Positions 13,790 to 40,551 of a stretch of DNA of 64,000 nt are shown here, piece by piece. The notes beneath the pieces were generated by a model. That model had not been told where the DNA came from. It saw nothing but the letters and a program-made list of their open reading frames with translations, and did no database searches. The stretch is from Macrostomum lignano (Eukaryota). The stretch is from NCBI GenBank assembly GCA_002269645.1, contig NIVC01002863.1, positions 70,358-134,357 of the forward strand, in the 5' to 3' direction. The stretch's first letter is position 1; each line of letters begins with the position of its first letter. A program made the translations under genes and the position numbers.

Positions 13790-14909
13790 TCAGCACAGGG
13801 CGTTGATCTCGGCCAGCTGAGCAGCCGTGAGCTGTCCAGCCGCCACGCCCCAGCAGATGAAGAAGCCGCGCATGTTCCAGTCGTCAGTCAGCCTTGACTT
13901 GCCCAGGCGCAGCCGCTCGTTGTTGTCGCTGGCGAAGCTGCCGCTGGAGTCGCTGTTGAATGCATTGAAGAAAAAGTCGTTGAAGAAGAGCTTGTCGAAG
14001 CTGCTACCGTTAAAGGTGGCGGCGGTGAACACGGGGGCGGCGTCAGTCACCGGGAGAATGTAGTTCTTGCTGCTCTTGGCCTCCTTGTTGTTGGCAGCGA
14101 AAGTGGCGCTTATAAATGGGGTGCTAAAGTTATTGGCACTGTCGCTGCGAAACTCCCTCCATCCACCACCGCTTGTAGACAAAGAGCTGCTCAGAAATTC
14201 TTGGATAAAGACCATCGTCTGGCCAGGCTGCCAGTAGCGCAGGTACTTGGCAAAGTAGGTGAACTGGGAGCCGTAGGTCAGGTGCTTGGTCAGGTTGCCG
14301 GACTCCGTGTCGATCTGCAAAAATTGGACAGTTTTGTACAAAGTCAAAATATGCTTATTGCGAGCCACCTTATTATCGACCCACCTCGATGAAGGAGTCG
14401 GCTTGGCCGCTCAGCCAGACGCCGCGGTCGGTGAGCCTGGCCCCGGAGCCCAGGCTGGCAGCGAAGGACCGGTTGCCGGCCAGGTTCGGCAGGCCCAGCA
14501 GGAAGTTGTGAAACACCAGCAGCGCGGCCAGCGTCGTCTCCGACAGCGCGGCAACAGCGAAGCCTCCCGCCAAGCGTCCGGCGTTGACGACGGAGCGGCA
14601 GGTGTCGGAGCTGCGCCAGGCCGCGGCGAAGGCGGCCGCGTCGGCGAGTCGGCAGGCGGCCTCGGCCGGCGAGTGGGCCGCGGCGGCGCAGTCGGGTCGG
14701 GCGGCGCACTCGACGGCGCAGGAGCGCTCGGACTGCAGCCCAGTCAAGTTGGCCGGGGCGTTGGACGGCGGACAGACTCGGACACCGCGGAAGGCGGCGC
14801 TCGTATTGGCGATGCTGGCCTCGGCGACGGCGACCAGCTGCGGACAGAGGAGAAGCGGCAGGTGGAGGAGCAGCAGCTGCAGCTGGGTGACTGGCTGGGC
14901 TCTGGCCAT
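13790..14909 (-). CDS. Secreted protein: signal peptide, PAN/apple-like Cys module and probable LamG/concanavalin-like C-terminal domain; join(14909..14385,14314..13790), 349 aa
   Basis: MARAQPVTQLQLLLLHLPLLLCPQLVAVAEA signal peptide. SCAVECAARPDCAAAAHSPAEAAC fits the PAN C-x3-C-x5-C spacing. 70-nt GT-AG intron joins two open frames. The C-terminal domain call is inferred from the beta-rich pattern only. Confidence 0.7.
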
Positions 14910-16363
14910 GGCGTTGCTGGGAGCAGTCGGGCAGGTGGCTTTGCAGAGAGTCTGGGAGCAGTCGGGCAGGTGGCGCTGCTGAAAGTCTGGGAGCAGTCGG
15001 GCAGGTGGCGCCGCTTCTCCCAGCGCTCCGCCGCTTTCATGAGCCGGGGGAGGGGGGCGCCAAGAGGCGAGGGGAGGCCGCCACCCCCTAGAGACCGGCC
15101 GGCATTGGCTGCTGTCTGTAGAAAGTAGGAGAGGAGAATTGGATGGACAGAAACAGCTCACGTCAGACATGTTTGCAGTTTGTCTGAAACCCAAACCCCA
15201 CAGAGAATCCACTCGCAATTTCCGTTCTCGCATCCGCAAATTTTCTAGCTGTCTTATTTTTTCATTATTCCGTTGCGAGCAAATAGCTCGGCATCACGGC
15301 GCTGAGTTTGAGGTGGTAAGTTTTCTGTCACTTCCGGCCTCCTGCTCTTGCAACCATCTGCAATGCTCTGCATTTTCATCGACCCCATGCGGTGGCCGTT
15401 CCGCGTTGCTTGCCGATTGCTGGACTTCTTTTGCTTGATTTGTCGTCCACGCAGGCTATGAAGAAACGCTTGACTGCACTGCATCTCTAGCTGAGTGAGA
15501 AGTGCTTGCTGAGGATCTGTGGGACTTTTTTCAACAGAAAGCAGGAGCATTGATTGAGTATTGACTTACCGGCATTAACTGTTTATTACTATAAGTAGTA
15601 TTATTAATAACTTCGTCTCAGAAGCTTTTAAAAGAAAAGTCAGGCAAGGCCACTTCAGCCTTCCAAGCTATGAATACAAATAACAAATGAACTGCATTAT
15701 CATACGAGAGTGAGTCATACATGTACGACCACAGATACTAAAATTCAGGCCTATATACTTAGTAAAACAGCTTTCTACTTTCAGTTCAGTAGCAATAAAG
15801 ACTACACAAGCTATTTCATAAAAATAATGGCAGCTGAAATGACTTTGATAAATTTAAAAGCCCAAGCTTGCAGGCGTAAACAAACTTTTAGTGGTCCTTG
15901 AAACAAACTTGCTAATTGGTTCAGCAGTAATGTACATTAGCCAGTCCCCTGCAATGTATATGGCAGCTTTAGGCTGGAATTCGGAGAAGAGCAAAAAAAA
16001 TTGGGGCGGGGCGGGGTAGTGTGAAAAGGCGCGGTTGGAGGGGTTTAACCATTTGGAAGCCAAAGGCCTGCACTGCAGGCCATACCGAAACGGCTCAAAA
16101 ACCCAGAGATTGAAAAATGTCTATGGCATGAAAAACCATCTCCCAGTCACTAAAGCAAGTGCCCAGTATGGCCTGCTGTGCAGGTCATGATTAATTTAAA
16201 GAAGCCCTGCATTATGCATTTCCGTTATGTTTTCACTCAAATGTTAAATGTGAAATAAGCGTGCACAGTGAAAACATGAGGTGATGCACAAATTTATGGT
16301 CGTATTAAATTTTAATCTCCTCACTACTGACCTACGAGTATTAGTATTAGTATTAGTATACTA

Positions 16364-31755
<15,392 letters not shown>

Positions 31756-31888
31756 TTAGTATTAGTATAACTAGTTTTAAACAAATACAAAATTTAACTG
31801 CATGGTTCCAAACAAAACAAGGACATGAAAAGAAAAGTGTAACAGGGTTCAAGTTAGGAGACGCCAATGCAGGATCGCTCGTGGGACT

Positions 31889-33652
31889 TCAATGTGTCTC
31901 GTGCCAGATCCTGAAGCATGGATCTGGACAGAGACCAGGATGTCCGGGACAGTGGCTGCAGCAAAATACTGTCTTCTTAGCTGGAACGTCAGGTTTCAAA
32001 GAGCACATTCGGCATCGTTTGCTTGGGCGAGCCTGGGCTTCCGTTGCTGGGAGTCTCATCGGTGAATGAATTGGACGGTTAGCCTGCATCGGGGCTGGAA
32101 CCTGAGTCGGTGGCCGAGCGCGTCCCGGTCCTGAGTCGCGGATCAGCGTCTTGATACTATTCTCTAGGAAAGTCAAAAATTTGGCTGTCCCACCACATTT
32201 CTTGTACAGCGTCCAAGCGTTTCGTACAAGCGTGAGAATCAGGTGAAACGCGACTTTCTGGAACCATTTGTAGGACTTACGATTTGGATGGTAGAGATGC
32301 ACGGACGCATCAAGTCGATCAACACCGCCCATGTTGCGATTGTACTGGATGACAGCCGTTGGCTTCGGAATTTGATCAACTTGACCACCGCGACGAACTC
32401 TGCGAACATCAGTGCAAGCGGCAGGCATGCTTGTGTCCAGAAGGTAGACAACCTTTGTTCCCGAGGCCTTTCTGTCTGCTAGCTTGATAGCGAGTGTCTG
32501 ATTGCACCTCATGAAGCCCTGACCCGGAGCAACCACTAATTTTTCTTGCAATTCTCTCGGGATTCCACGATCCTTTCGAACAGTCCCGGTGAGCAAGGCC
32601 TTTTTTTCAAACAAGTAGATAGCCAATCTGTGTGATGTAAACCAACTATCCGCGTATATGTGGTATCCTTCACCCAGTAGTTCGCGGCTAAGCTCAACAA
32701 CGACTCGTTCGCTCATGGAGAGCTCATCGCATTGGAGACCGGCACCGAAGGTTGCGTGTTCGGCCTCAACAGAATGCAGCAGGAAATTCCACAGGTATCC
32801 CGTCGTGGACTCAGTCAGACAATACAGTTTGATGCCGTACTTTGCCTTCTTGCTTGGAATATACTGCTTCAGCAGAAGTCTCACCTTGTATAGAATCAGC
32901 GTCTCATCGATGGCGACATCCTGCTCTGGTCGATAGGTTTCGCGACAAATTCGGCTAATCAAGTCCAGAAAAGGCCTTACTTTGCACAGTGGGTCGTTGA
33001 TATCGAACTCTCGGCAGTCGTAGCACCGGAAGTAGGCCAGTAGCTGAAGAAATCGCCAACGGGGAAGGCTCTCGGCTTGCTGAAAATATGGATTCCGATA
33101 CATGACGTCTGTGGACCAGTAGTGGCGTATGGTCGGCTTGCTGTTGATGCCCATGAAGAGCACCATGCCCAGAAACTTTTTCATCTCGGCCACACAGCAT
33201 GGTTTAAGAGCAGACAGTCCAGCAGGCAACTCTTCCTCGCCAGTTTCTGCACTCTCCTGCTGAAACTCCCTGACTGACAACCACATTCTCTCATTGGTCC
33301 ATGTGACAAGACTGGTGAGAAACTCTTCAGTCAGGAAGATTGATAAAAATTCCGCCATACTTTCGTCTGGATTTTCTGGCAGATCGATGCTTGGATTGAT
33401 GGTCGAAAACCCTCGGAATTCCGGCACCCGGTCGTGGTCAAACGAGTTGTCACTTCCAGGGGCTACTTCAACCCATTCCGCGGCCGCCTCATCTTGGCTC
33501 TGATCAGTTTCTGGATCCATGCTTTCCGACTCCGTTTCTGACTCAAAAACCGTCGACTCATCGCTTGATAAAGCGTCATCCGAATCGGAATCGAGTCCCA
33601 GTCTGCGCAAGGCATCACTTTTAGCTGTCCTTTTCGGGCGCGTAGAAGCCAT
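31889..33652 (-). CDS. piggyBac (PGBD4-like) transposase, uninterrupted 587-aa ORF
   Basis: Acidic N-terminus. Catalytic-triad contexts AIDET, YADSWFTS and YNRNMGGVDRLD; KYGIK motif; C-terminal Cys-rich domain CRMC...CSHC...LC..PCFRIWH. Confidence 0.95.
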   Translation of the reverse strand: MASTRPKRTAKSDALRRLGLDSDSDDALSSDESTVFESETESESMDPETDQSQDEAAAEWVEVAPGSDNSFDHDRVPEFRGFSTINPSIDLPENPDESMAEFLSIFLTEEFLTSLVTWTNERMWLSVREFQQESAETGEEELPAGLSALKPCCVAEMKKFLGMVLFMGINSKPTIRHYWSTDVMYRNPYFQQAESLPRWRFLQLLAYFRCYDCREFDINDPLCKVRPFLDLISRICRETYRPEQDVAIDETLILYKVRLLLKQYIPSKKAKYGIKLYCLTESTTGYLWNFLLHSVEAEHATFGAGLQCDELSMSERVVVELSRELLGEGYHIYADSWFTSHRLAIYLFEKKALLTGTVRKDRGIPRELQEKLVVAPGQGFMRCNQTLAIKLADRKASGTKVVYLLDTSMPAACTDVRRVRRGGQVDQIPKPTAVIQYNRNMGGVDRLDASVHLYHPNRKSYKWFQKVAFHLILTLVRNAWTLYKKCGGTAKFLTFLENSIKTLIRDSGPGRARPPTQVPAPMQANRPIHSPMRLPATEAQARPSKRCRMCSLKPDVPAKKTVFCCSHCPGHPGLCPDPCFRIWHETH

Positions 33653-36438
33653 TTGTGAGTAGGAAGGTTTGAACAGGAGCTAGCAGAAAAACTCTGTGGT
33701 ATACTTTACTTCTGGGCTTTTAGGGTGTGCACTCGATTCAGAAAAAAAGACAAATTTGTCTATTGACTGCTCTGCAGGCCTTTGGGCTTTTAAGCGATCT
33801 TACAGAACCAAGCTTGGGCGCGAAGTGGTTAAGCTGGGGGTGGTAAGAGCCAATAAACGAGCCTTGGTTTTAAAAAATACATTAAAATGCTTCTAACTTA
33901 CTACTGAACTGAAATTATAAGCTTACACGCAAAGGTGCTGAGTGGCCAATCTAGTTATTCTATTATCTGTGTACGACTTGCGGTGCGTGCATTTAAACTT
34001 TAAGTTCAATTGTGCCATCGAAGTAGAAGGGTGGAAAGTTTCTTTTCTTAGAAAGTATTTTTGGGCTGGCTGTCTTTGGCTTCGGCTTTTTCCTTTTTTA
34101 GCACAAGCATTGCGACAGGTTTTATTGGAAGAAGTTCAAATGCTCATCTTTCAGCATAACATGGTCCCCTGATTTCGACTTTTGTCAAATAAAGCAATAA
34201 AGTCCTTAGCGATCACGAGCATAGATTAAAATAGGAGAGAAGAGTAGAGGAGAACATAGAAGAGAAACTCGAATCCCAGAAGTCCCATGGAGGAAAGAGA
34301 AGTCCATGAGAAGTCCGCGCATTCCGAGCCCGTCAGGTTCTGCTGCATCCAAGTCATTTTTAGCAACTAAGCCTGCAAAATCAGGTTCTTCCCGGATGCT
34401 AGTTCAGCCGCAGAGGAAGAAGCAATCTTCGGCTTTTTCAAAGCCAGCACAGACTCACAGAGCGCGCAATTGGGTCAGTCAGTTCGTTTATCTGCTTCTG
34501 CTGCTGCTGAAGTTGAAGGCTTGGCGCGTTGCCGTCATCTTTGTGCCTGTCGGATTGCTGGCGGTGAACCTCTTCTATGCTCCAAAACTATCCGACACCC
34601 TGCTGAGCACTAAAACTGGCAGAAACCGCAGCAACCATCTTGTCTTCTATGGCGCTTCCGACTTTTCGGCGTCGAAGGCCCGAGTACTGATGGACAGCTC
34701 CGCCTTCCCGGCTGAAACGGCCGCCGCTACCAGCGTCATGAGTGCCGGAGGCGTCAATCACGACTGGATCAAAGTTTGCGGCCCAGAAATCGACTGCAGA
34801 GAGCGCTTCATCCATCTCGAAGATGATGACGAAATCGTTGCCCTGATCCGCTACTCGAAGTCGCCTGCAAAGTCGCGGACCGTTTTGGAATGCCTGGTGC
34901 TCTATGGACTCACTGATGACATCAGATGCGCCTTCCTGTACAAACTTATGATTCTGTCAATGGAAAAAGCTCTTGGGGTCGAAACTTTCAAGGACTTTCG
35001 CCTGTTTCAACTTTTGGACAAGTTCTCCATCAAGAATAAGACTACAGAGCTCTACAGCAGCAAAAAGATAAAACCGCTGCCCAAGTCCATTTGCGCAGAC
35101 TGGATCAAAAAGAACCTCTTCGCCCTACTAACGCACTTTTATGTACCCTACTCAATCAGTCTTGCAGTGGTCGGAGTGAACTTCTACTTGCTCATCTCCA
35201 CTGTATCCTGCATCCGCATGCTCAAGACCAATGGCTTCCTGCAGCAGCTGTTTCGCAGCGGCCTGTCCGTGTCTGCCTATTGGCTGGCAGTTTGGCTCAT
35301 CACTGTGCTTGAGTGCCTAATCTTCGCGACCGTTTATACTCCACCTCTAACACACTACTGTGTCCTGGGGTTTTTCCGGCCCCAGCCATGGCCCGCCTCT
35401 TCATCTTCTTCACACTGTTTTGCCTCAACCTGGCTGCTTTCATGCTGCTGTTGGAGCTGCTGCTGCCACCTCTGGCTGCTGTGTCCATAGTGAGCTTCGT
35501 CGTGAGCCTCAGCATGCTGGTCTACAATTTATTGACCACAGCGTCAATGCGAAAACGGACCAAATTCCTACTGTATATTTTTTCGCCACTTTTCTCAACC
35601 GAGTACATCGGCACGCTATTCAACTCTGAAGTGTGGCGACAGTTCTCAGCAATTCAGCTGCCGGATGAAGAGGAATCTGCGCGGCTTTCCCAGATTATGT
35701 ACTGGACGATAGTCGGACTGCTGCTGTTCGTTCTGCTGCTGACTTACCTGGACTTCATCTTGAGCTGCGGCAACGGCCTGCTTTTGTCGCCGCTGTACCC
35801 GCTCATGCACAGCTTCTGGTGGCCGCGAGGTCAGAAGGATTGGAGCGAGGTGCCTCATAGCAAAACCCAAGCCGAGAGGATCGAGGCCAACATCGAGCCG
35901 GTGCTGGGACTGGAGCCCATCGTAATTGTCCACCACGTCAACAAGGCTTACAGAAACTGCTGCTTCCTCTGTCCTGATGGTCCGTTGGTTTTGAAGATGT
36001 CTTGTAAGTTGTTGTGTTAAACTTTTTCGGAGTTATTTTTTTTTCAGGCACACACGACCAAATCTACCACGAACCTAAAGAAGAGCGGACAAAACTGCAC
36101 ATGAAAGTGAAAAAGTCAGTACATACATATGCATGTAAATTATCAATTTGTTCGTCCATCAAATGCCAAATATCACACCAAATATTCGATTTGAAGAAAT
36201 TAAGGCAATGCCACTGTGAAGTTTAGGTTTGCGTGCCGAGAAAGTTGGCCTCTGAATGGTTTTGTTAGCTCAATATATTTATTGGTCAATATTGTGGGGT
36301 GGGGTGAAGCGATGCGCGATTGGTCAATAACTGGTAAACAAGTTTAGGCGAGAGAATGAGTCATGAATAATAATGTGGGGCAGAGAGCGTAGCGCACGGC
36401 CTACAGCCACATCCAAATGCTACACTGTCTGCATAGAC

Positions 36439-36541
36439 TGCGACTACGTATAACAATATACGTATTATATGCGACTACGTATAACAATATACGTATTATA
36501 TGCGACTACGTATAACAATATACGTATTATATGCGACTACG
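36439..36541. repeat. 31-bp minisatellite (about 3.3 copies) with internal hairpin
   Basis: gcgactacgtataacaatatacgtattatat; contains TACGTATA-acaa-TATACGTA. Confidence 0.92.
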
Positions 36542-39274
36542 CTTATTTGTAGTAAATTTCCCCGATGAAGTCCCTGTGAAACTGTCTGCGTTATCATTTC
36601 CCACGTCTTCCAGCCACCGCGCAATTCCGGCCGATTCTCACGGTTCCCCTTTCTCGTGCGATTTCTGAAATGTCTCTGTTAAAAATGTAATTGAACCCCG
36701 CCCCACATAAAGGCATACAACCCCTCTAAAGTGGAAGCAGACTTTTAGGGCGGCCTGCACTAGCCCTTTGCAATGCCGTCATCAAGCACTTGTGGCTTTT
36801 TGTAAGAGTGCAGCTGTCCACAACTGCTACACTCCACCACGCTCTGATAACAATGCAATTCCCTAATTTCCTAAATCCTAAGTCCTATTCCTAATAGTTC
36901 CTACGATAGTCCCTAAATATCGGTTGATTACCATCCTTATAGCGGAATGGACTCTAGAGAAGTCATCAAGGCATTTCGAGCGGGCACTCTGATGCTTCCT
37001 CAGCTTTTGGAAACTTGCAGTTTGCCTGTAGAATCGACTCCCGAGAAGGAAGAAAAACCAAAGCATCGGATAAGAAAGTCCAACCGAATGAGGGGCTCCA
37101 CGCTTGCTCAGTTCATTGCTTTGTTTGCTCTGAATATGAAGCGGCAAGTGCGCTCGCGGGCCAACCTAGTGAGCCGAATCCTTGTGCCCGCCGCCCTGCT
37201 GGCAGTCATGGCTTTTTCGGCAGCATTGAGTCAAAGTACTTTAAAACAGAAGACTGATGACCCGGAATTTCAAAAGATGGATATTCTTGCTGTGCCGCAG
37301 TCGTTTCGAATTAATTTTTTGGCAAGTCTGAAATCCCCATTACTTGTGTGAGTGATGGAGTCTCGAACCTGATCTCTCTGCTCGATTGCGAGAGTCTGGC
37401 TCTTCCAGCTGCGGCAGAAGACAGCGGGAGCCGTCCGCCTATTCTCATTAAAAAATCTCCATTGCAAAGCATCGAGAACTTTCTGTCGCTAAAATCAACC
37501 TGAGATGAAATTTTTAAAGAGCTCAGGGCGAAAAACTGGATTAAGGGCGGGGCACAAATGACGCCATGCGCCGTGTACTACGCCTCGCCTTGGCAGAAGA
37601 ACGTGTCGAACAAGGACCGATCCGTAAGCGTTAGGGTTTTGTACCAAGAAGATTCTGTATCCCCCAGGGTGCACATTTACAGAAGAGCGCTGGTGACCAT
37701 CTTGAAGTTCTTTGGAATATCAGGACCCGAAGCAACCACTGCCCTGGCTTCAACATTCAGTTTTTCACGCTTCTCTTTGTATTCTGTCTGTTTCCTGTTT
37801 CGTACTTGAGCGATCCGATTGAAGACATGGCAATCAAAGCGCGCAACTACCTCGCCTCCACTGGTTTGACTTCCACTCCCTACTGGGTCAATACATTTCT
37901 CATGCACTGGGTTCGGTACGTTATTTGCTACATGATAGCTGTCGGGCTGCTACTGATATGCGAGGAATACAGAAGCACGTATATAGCCCTTGCCGCCTTC
38001 TTGCCAGTGCTTCTCGCTGGAACCGTGTCCAACCAGCTGACCATCTGCGCCATCGCTGTTGTAACACAGACTCAAAGCACCGTGGTCTCGACAGCCTGCG
38101 TTCTGACCGCAGTGCTTCTGCCCCCAGTATTGTTCATCACTCAGAACCATAAGACTTTCGTGACGCTTTTGTTCTGGATCCTGCCACCCGCAGCCCCGCT
38201 TGAACTGCTGTACAGCAGCGCCAACTACTATTTACTCAAGCTGGACTATTATCAGACCAATGACGGCGATGAGTTGCCTGGCATGGCTGAAAGTGTGTAC
38301 AGAAATCCTCTAATATTACAAGCCCTACTGGCTATGCCAGTGCACATTTTCATCATGTTCGGCATCATTTTTTTCACAGAGCAGAGCGCTGTTATCAGAA
38401 AGTTAATCAGGGGTAACAGCGCCCAGATTACGCCTGATAACATTGATAGCGAAATGGAGGAAGGCGCAAGGAAAGAAGCAGAGCGGGTGCTGGCGGCTCC
38501 CAGGAGCTCCAAGAACATGCTGGAGGTGCGACAGCTGCAAAAGATTTACCCCAACGGAGTCCACGCTGTGCGAGGCGTCACCTTCGGAGCGATGGCCGGC
38601 GAGATCTTCGGTCTGCTGGGCGCGAACGGAGCCGGCAAGTCCACCTCCATGTCGGTGATTGCCGGCGAGGAGGCCGCGACGGAGGGCGCCTGCGAGGTTC
38701 ACGTGCAGGACGGCGCCTGGTTGTCCGGTCGGGAAGGAGCCACAGTCGGCGCCATCGGCTACTGCCCGCAGTACAACCCGCTGTTCAACAGAGTCACCGT
38801 GGCCGAGCACATCCTCTTCTACGCGGATATCCGCGGCCTGGACTCGACCGAGGCGGAGCAACAGACGACCCGGCTGATGCAGAGCCTCGGCCTGTCGCAG
38901 CACAGCGACAAGCAGGCCGGCCAGCTGTCGGGCGGCAACAAGCGGCGTCTCTGCCTCGCCATCGCTCTGCTGGGCGACCCGGCGCTCATCGTCATCGACG
39001 AGGCCTCGACCGGCGTAGATCCCGAGAACAAGCGCTTCATCTGGGGCGCCATCCGCCGCATGGTGCGCAAGAAAAGGTCAGTGATGGTCACGACTCACAG
39101 CATGGAGGAGGTCGAGGCTCTGTGCAGTCGGGTCGGCATCATGAACAAGGGCAGGATGATCTCAGTGGGCACCGTGCAGCAGCTGAGGAGTCGGTGAGTA
39201 TTAATTTGCAGCATTTCAAACCACTATTTGACAATAGAGCACGAGTGCGTGCCCGCTTGAGAAATTGATGAAAG

Positions 39275-39417
39275 GTTTTTTGTCAGCAGTGCTGTAACCG
39301 ATTGGTTGGAAATTCTAGCAGATTTTTTGTCAGCAGTGCTGTAACCGATTGGTTGGAAATTCTAGCAGGTTTTTTATCAGCAGTGCTGTAACCGATTGGT
39401 TGGAAATTCTAGCAGGT
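39275..39417. repeat. 47-bp minisatellite x3 in the last intron of ABCA paralog A
   Basis: cagcagtgctgtaaccgattggttggaaattctagcag recurs at 39284, 39331 and 39378. Confidence 0.92.
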
Positions 39418-40112
39418 AGCACAAATGCAGCCCATATTCAGGCTCTTAACTTGTTTAAAAGGTGCATTTGATTTTTTACCATCAATTGACTTTATTTCGA
39501 CAATTTTTCAATCAGCCATGGAGACGCGTACACGCTCGAGCTGCTGCTGAACGCCGAGTTCAACGTCGATCAGACGAAGAAAGTTATCCATCAGGCTTGC
39601 GGTGCTGGAGCAGTTCAGTGGAGCGCAGACGCAGGAGGACGTCGGCCTCAGCCTGGTGATGCAGTTTTCGGTGCCCAAGTCGTCAGTGAGCAGCCTGTCG
39701 GATGCGCTGAAGTGGCTGGAGACGAACCAGAGCGGATGGGGAGTGAGCTACTGGGCCTTCTACCAGATTTCTCTCGACCAGGTGTTCGTGAAGCTGATCA
39801 AGACGCACGACCCCTCCGTTCCGGAGAAAGCCGGCAATTCTGTTTGAGAAGACGCTAAAAAACAAAATACTTGAACAATGTCTGCATTTTTCCAGTACTA
39901 ATGCAGTATTTTATTGAATACAACATAGTGGCAACTTTTTCGTTTAATAAAAGTACTATTTATTAACTTGTCTGTTGCACAGCAGATAACCAGGATATTT
40001 ATTTAGTTTCAATCATGAAACAGAAAGAAATGAAAGAAATTTTCATTATAATTCAACAAAAACAACAACAACAACAACAAAACCAACGACAACAACAACA
40101 ACAACAGCAACA

Positions 40113-40551
40113 TGTGGAGTGGAGTGGAGTGGAAGTTTTTGTGGAGTGGAGTGGAAGTGGAAGAAGTGGAGTAAATTTGTGGAGTGGAAGCACGAGAGGG
40201 CGAAGGAAATCTACGCGAAGAAGCAGCCGGACTGGCGGAAGGAAGGAAAGTGGTGCAGAGCGGCCAGGCGCGATTTTGCCAGGTTCAGGACCGGACACCA
40301 CGCGGAGCTGGCGGAGTATGGTGCTCGGATTGGAACCAGGGAGAGTGGAACGTGCCGGCTGTGCAATCTCGAGGAGGAAGGCACGGAGCACGTACTGTTG
40401 AAGTGCCCAGTGATGGACAACATCAGGAGGAAGACCGGCATCACGGATATGGGCAACTTATGCGCCATGCCCGAAGAATGCCGGGCCCTTTGGAACGAGT
40501 TCCGAGAACGGGTTAGACTGAAGAGAGAGTAGGGCTGTGGTACGGCAACGC
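40113..40551 (+). mobile_element. 5'-truncated non-LTR retrotransposon (3' end of ORF2 with CCHC knuckle) with 23-bp TSD
   Basis: ARFRTGHH (RLRTGH-like) and CRLCNLEEEGTEHVLLKC; stop at 40532. caacaacaacaacaacagcaaca at 40090-40112 and 40552-40574. Confidence 0.85.

Larger units (their letters stand above)
34306..39847 (+). pseudogene. ABCA-family transporter paralog A; disrupted and lacking NBD1
   Basis: TMD1 34306-about 36004 (frameshift near 35340). The NBD1 exon segment present in paralogs B and C is absent. TMD2 from about 36942 has frameshifts near 37330 and 37790 and an in-frame TGA at 37501. NBD2 has [18 protein letters not shown] and IVIDEASTGVD. Intron 39194-39515; last exon to 39847 with another frameshift. 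Confidence 0.75.

Noticed and set aside
13790-14909. Both coding exons are exactly 525 nt
   Set aside because: No internal sequence similarity between the exons; coincidence.
9492-15128. Long antisense or alternate-frame ORFs over GC-rich exons (also over the ABCA NBDs)
   Set aside because: Shadow ORFs expected from high GC3 codon usage.
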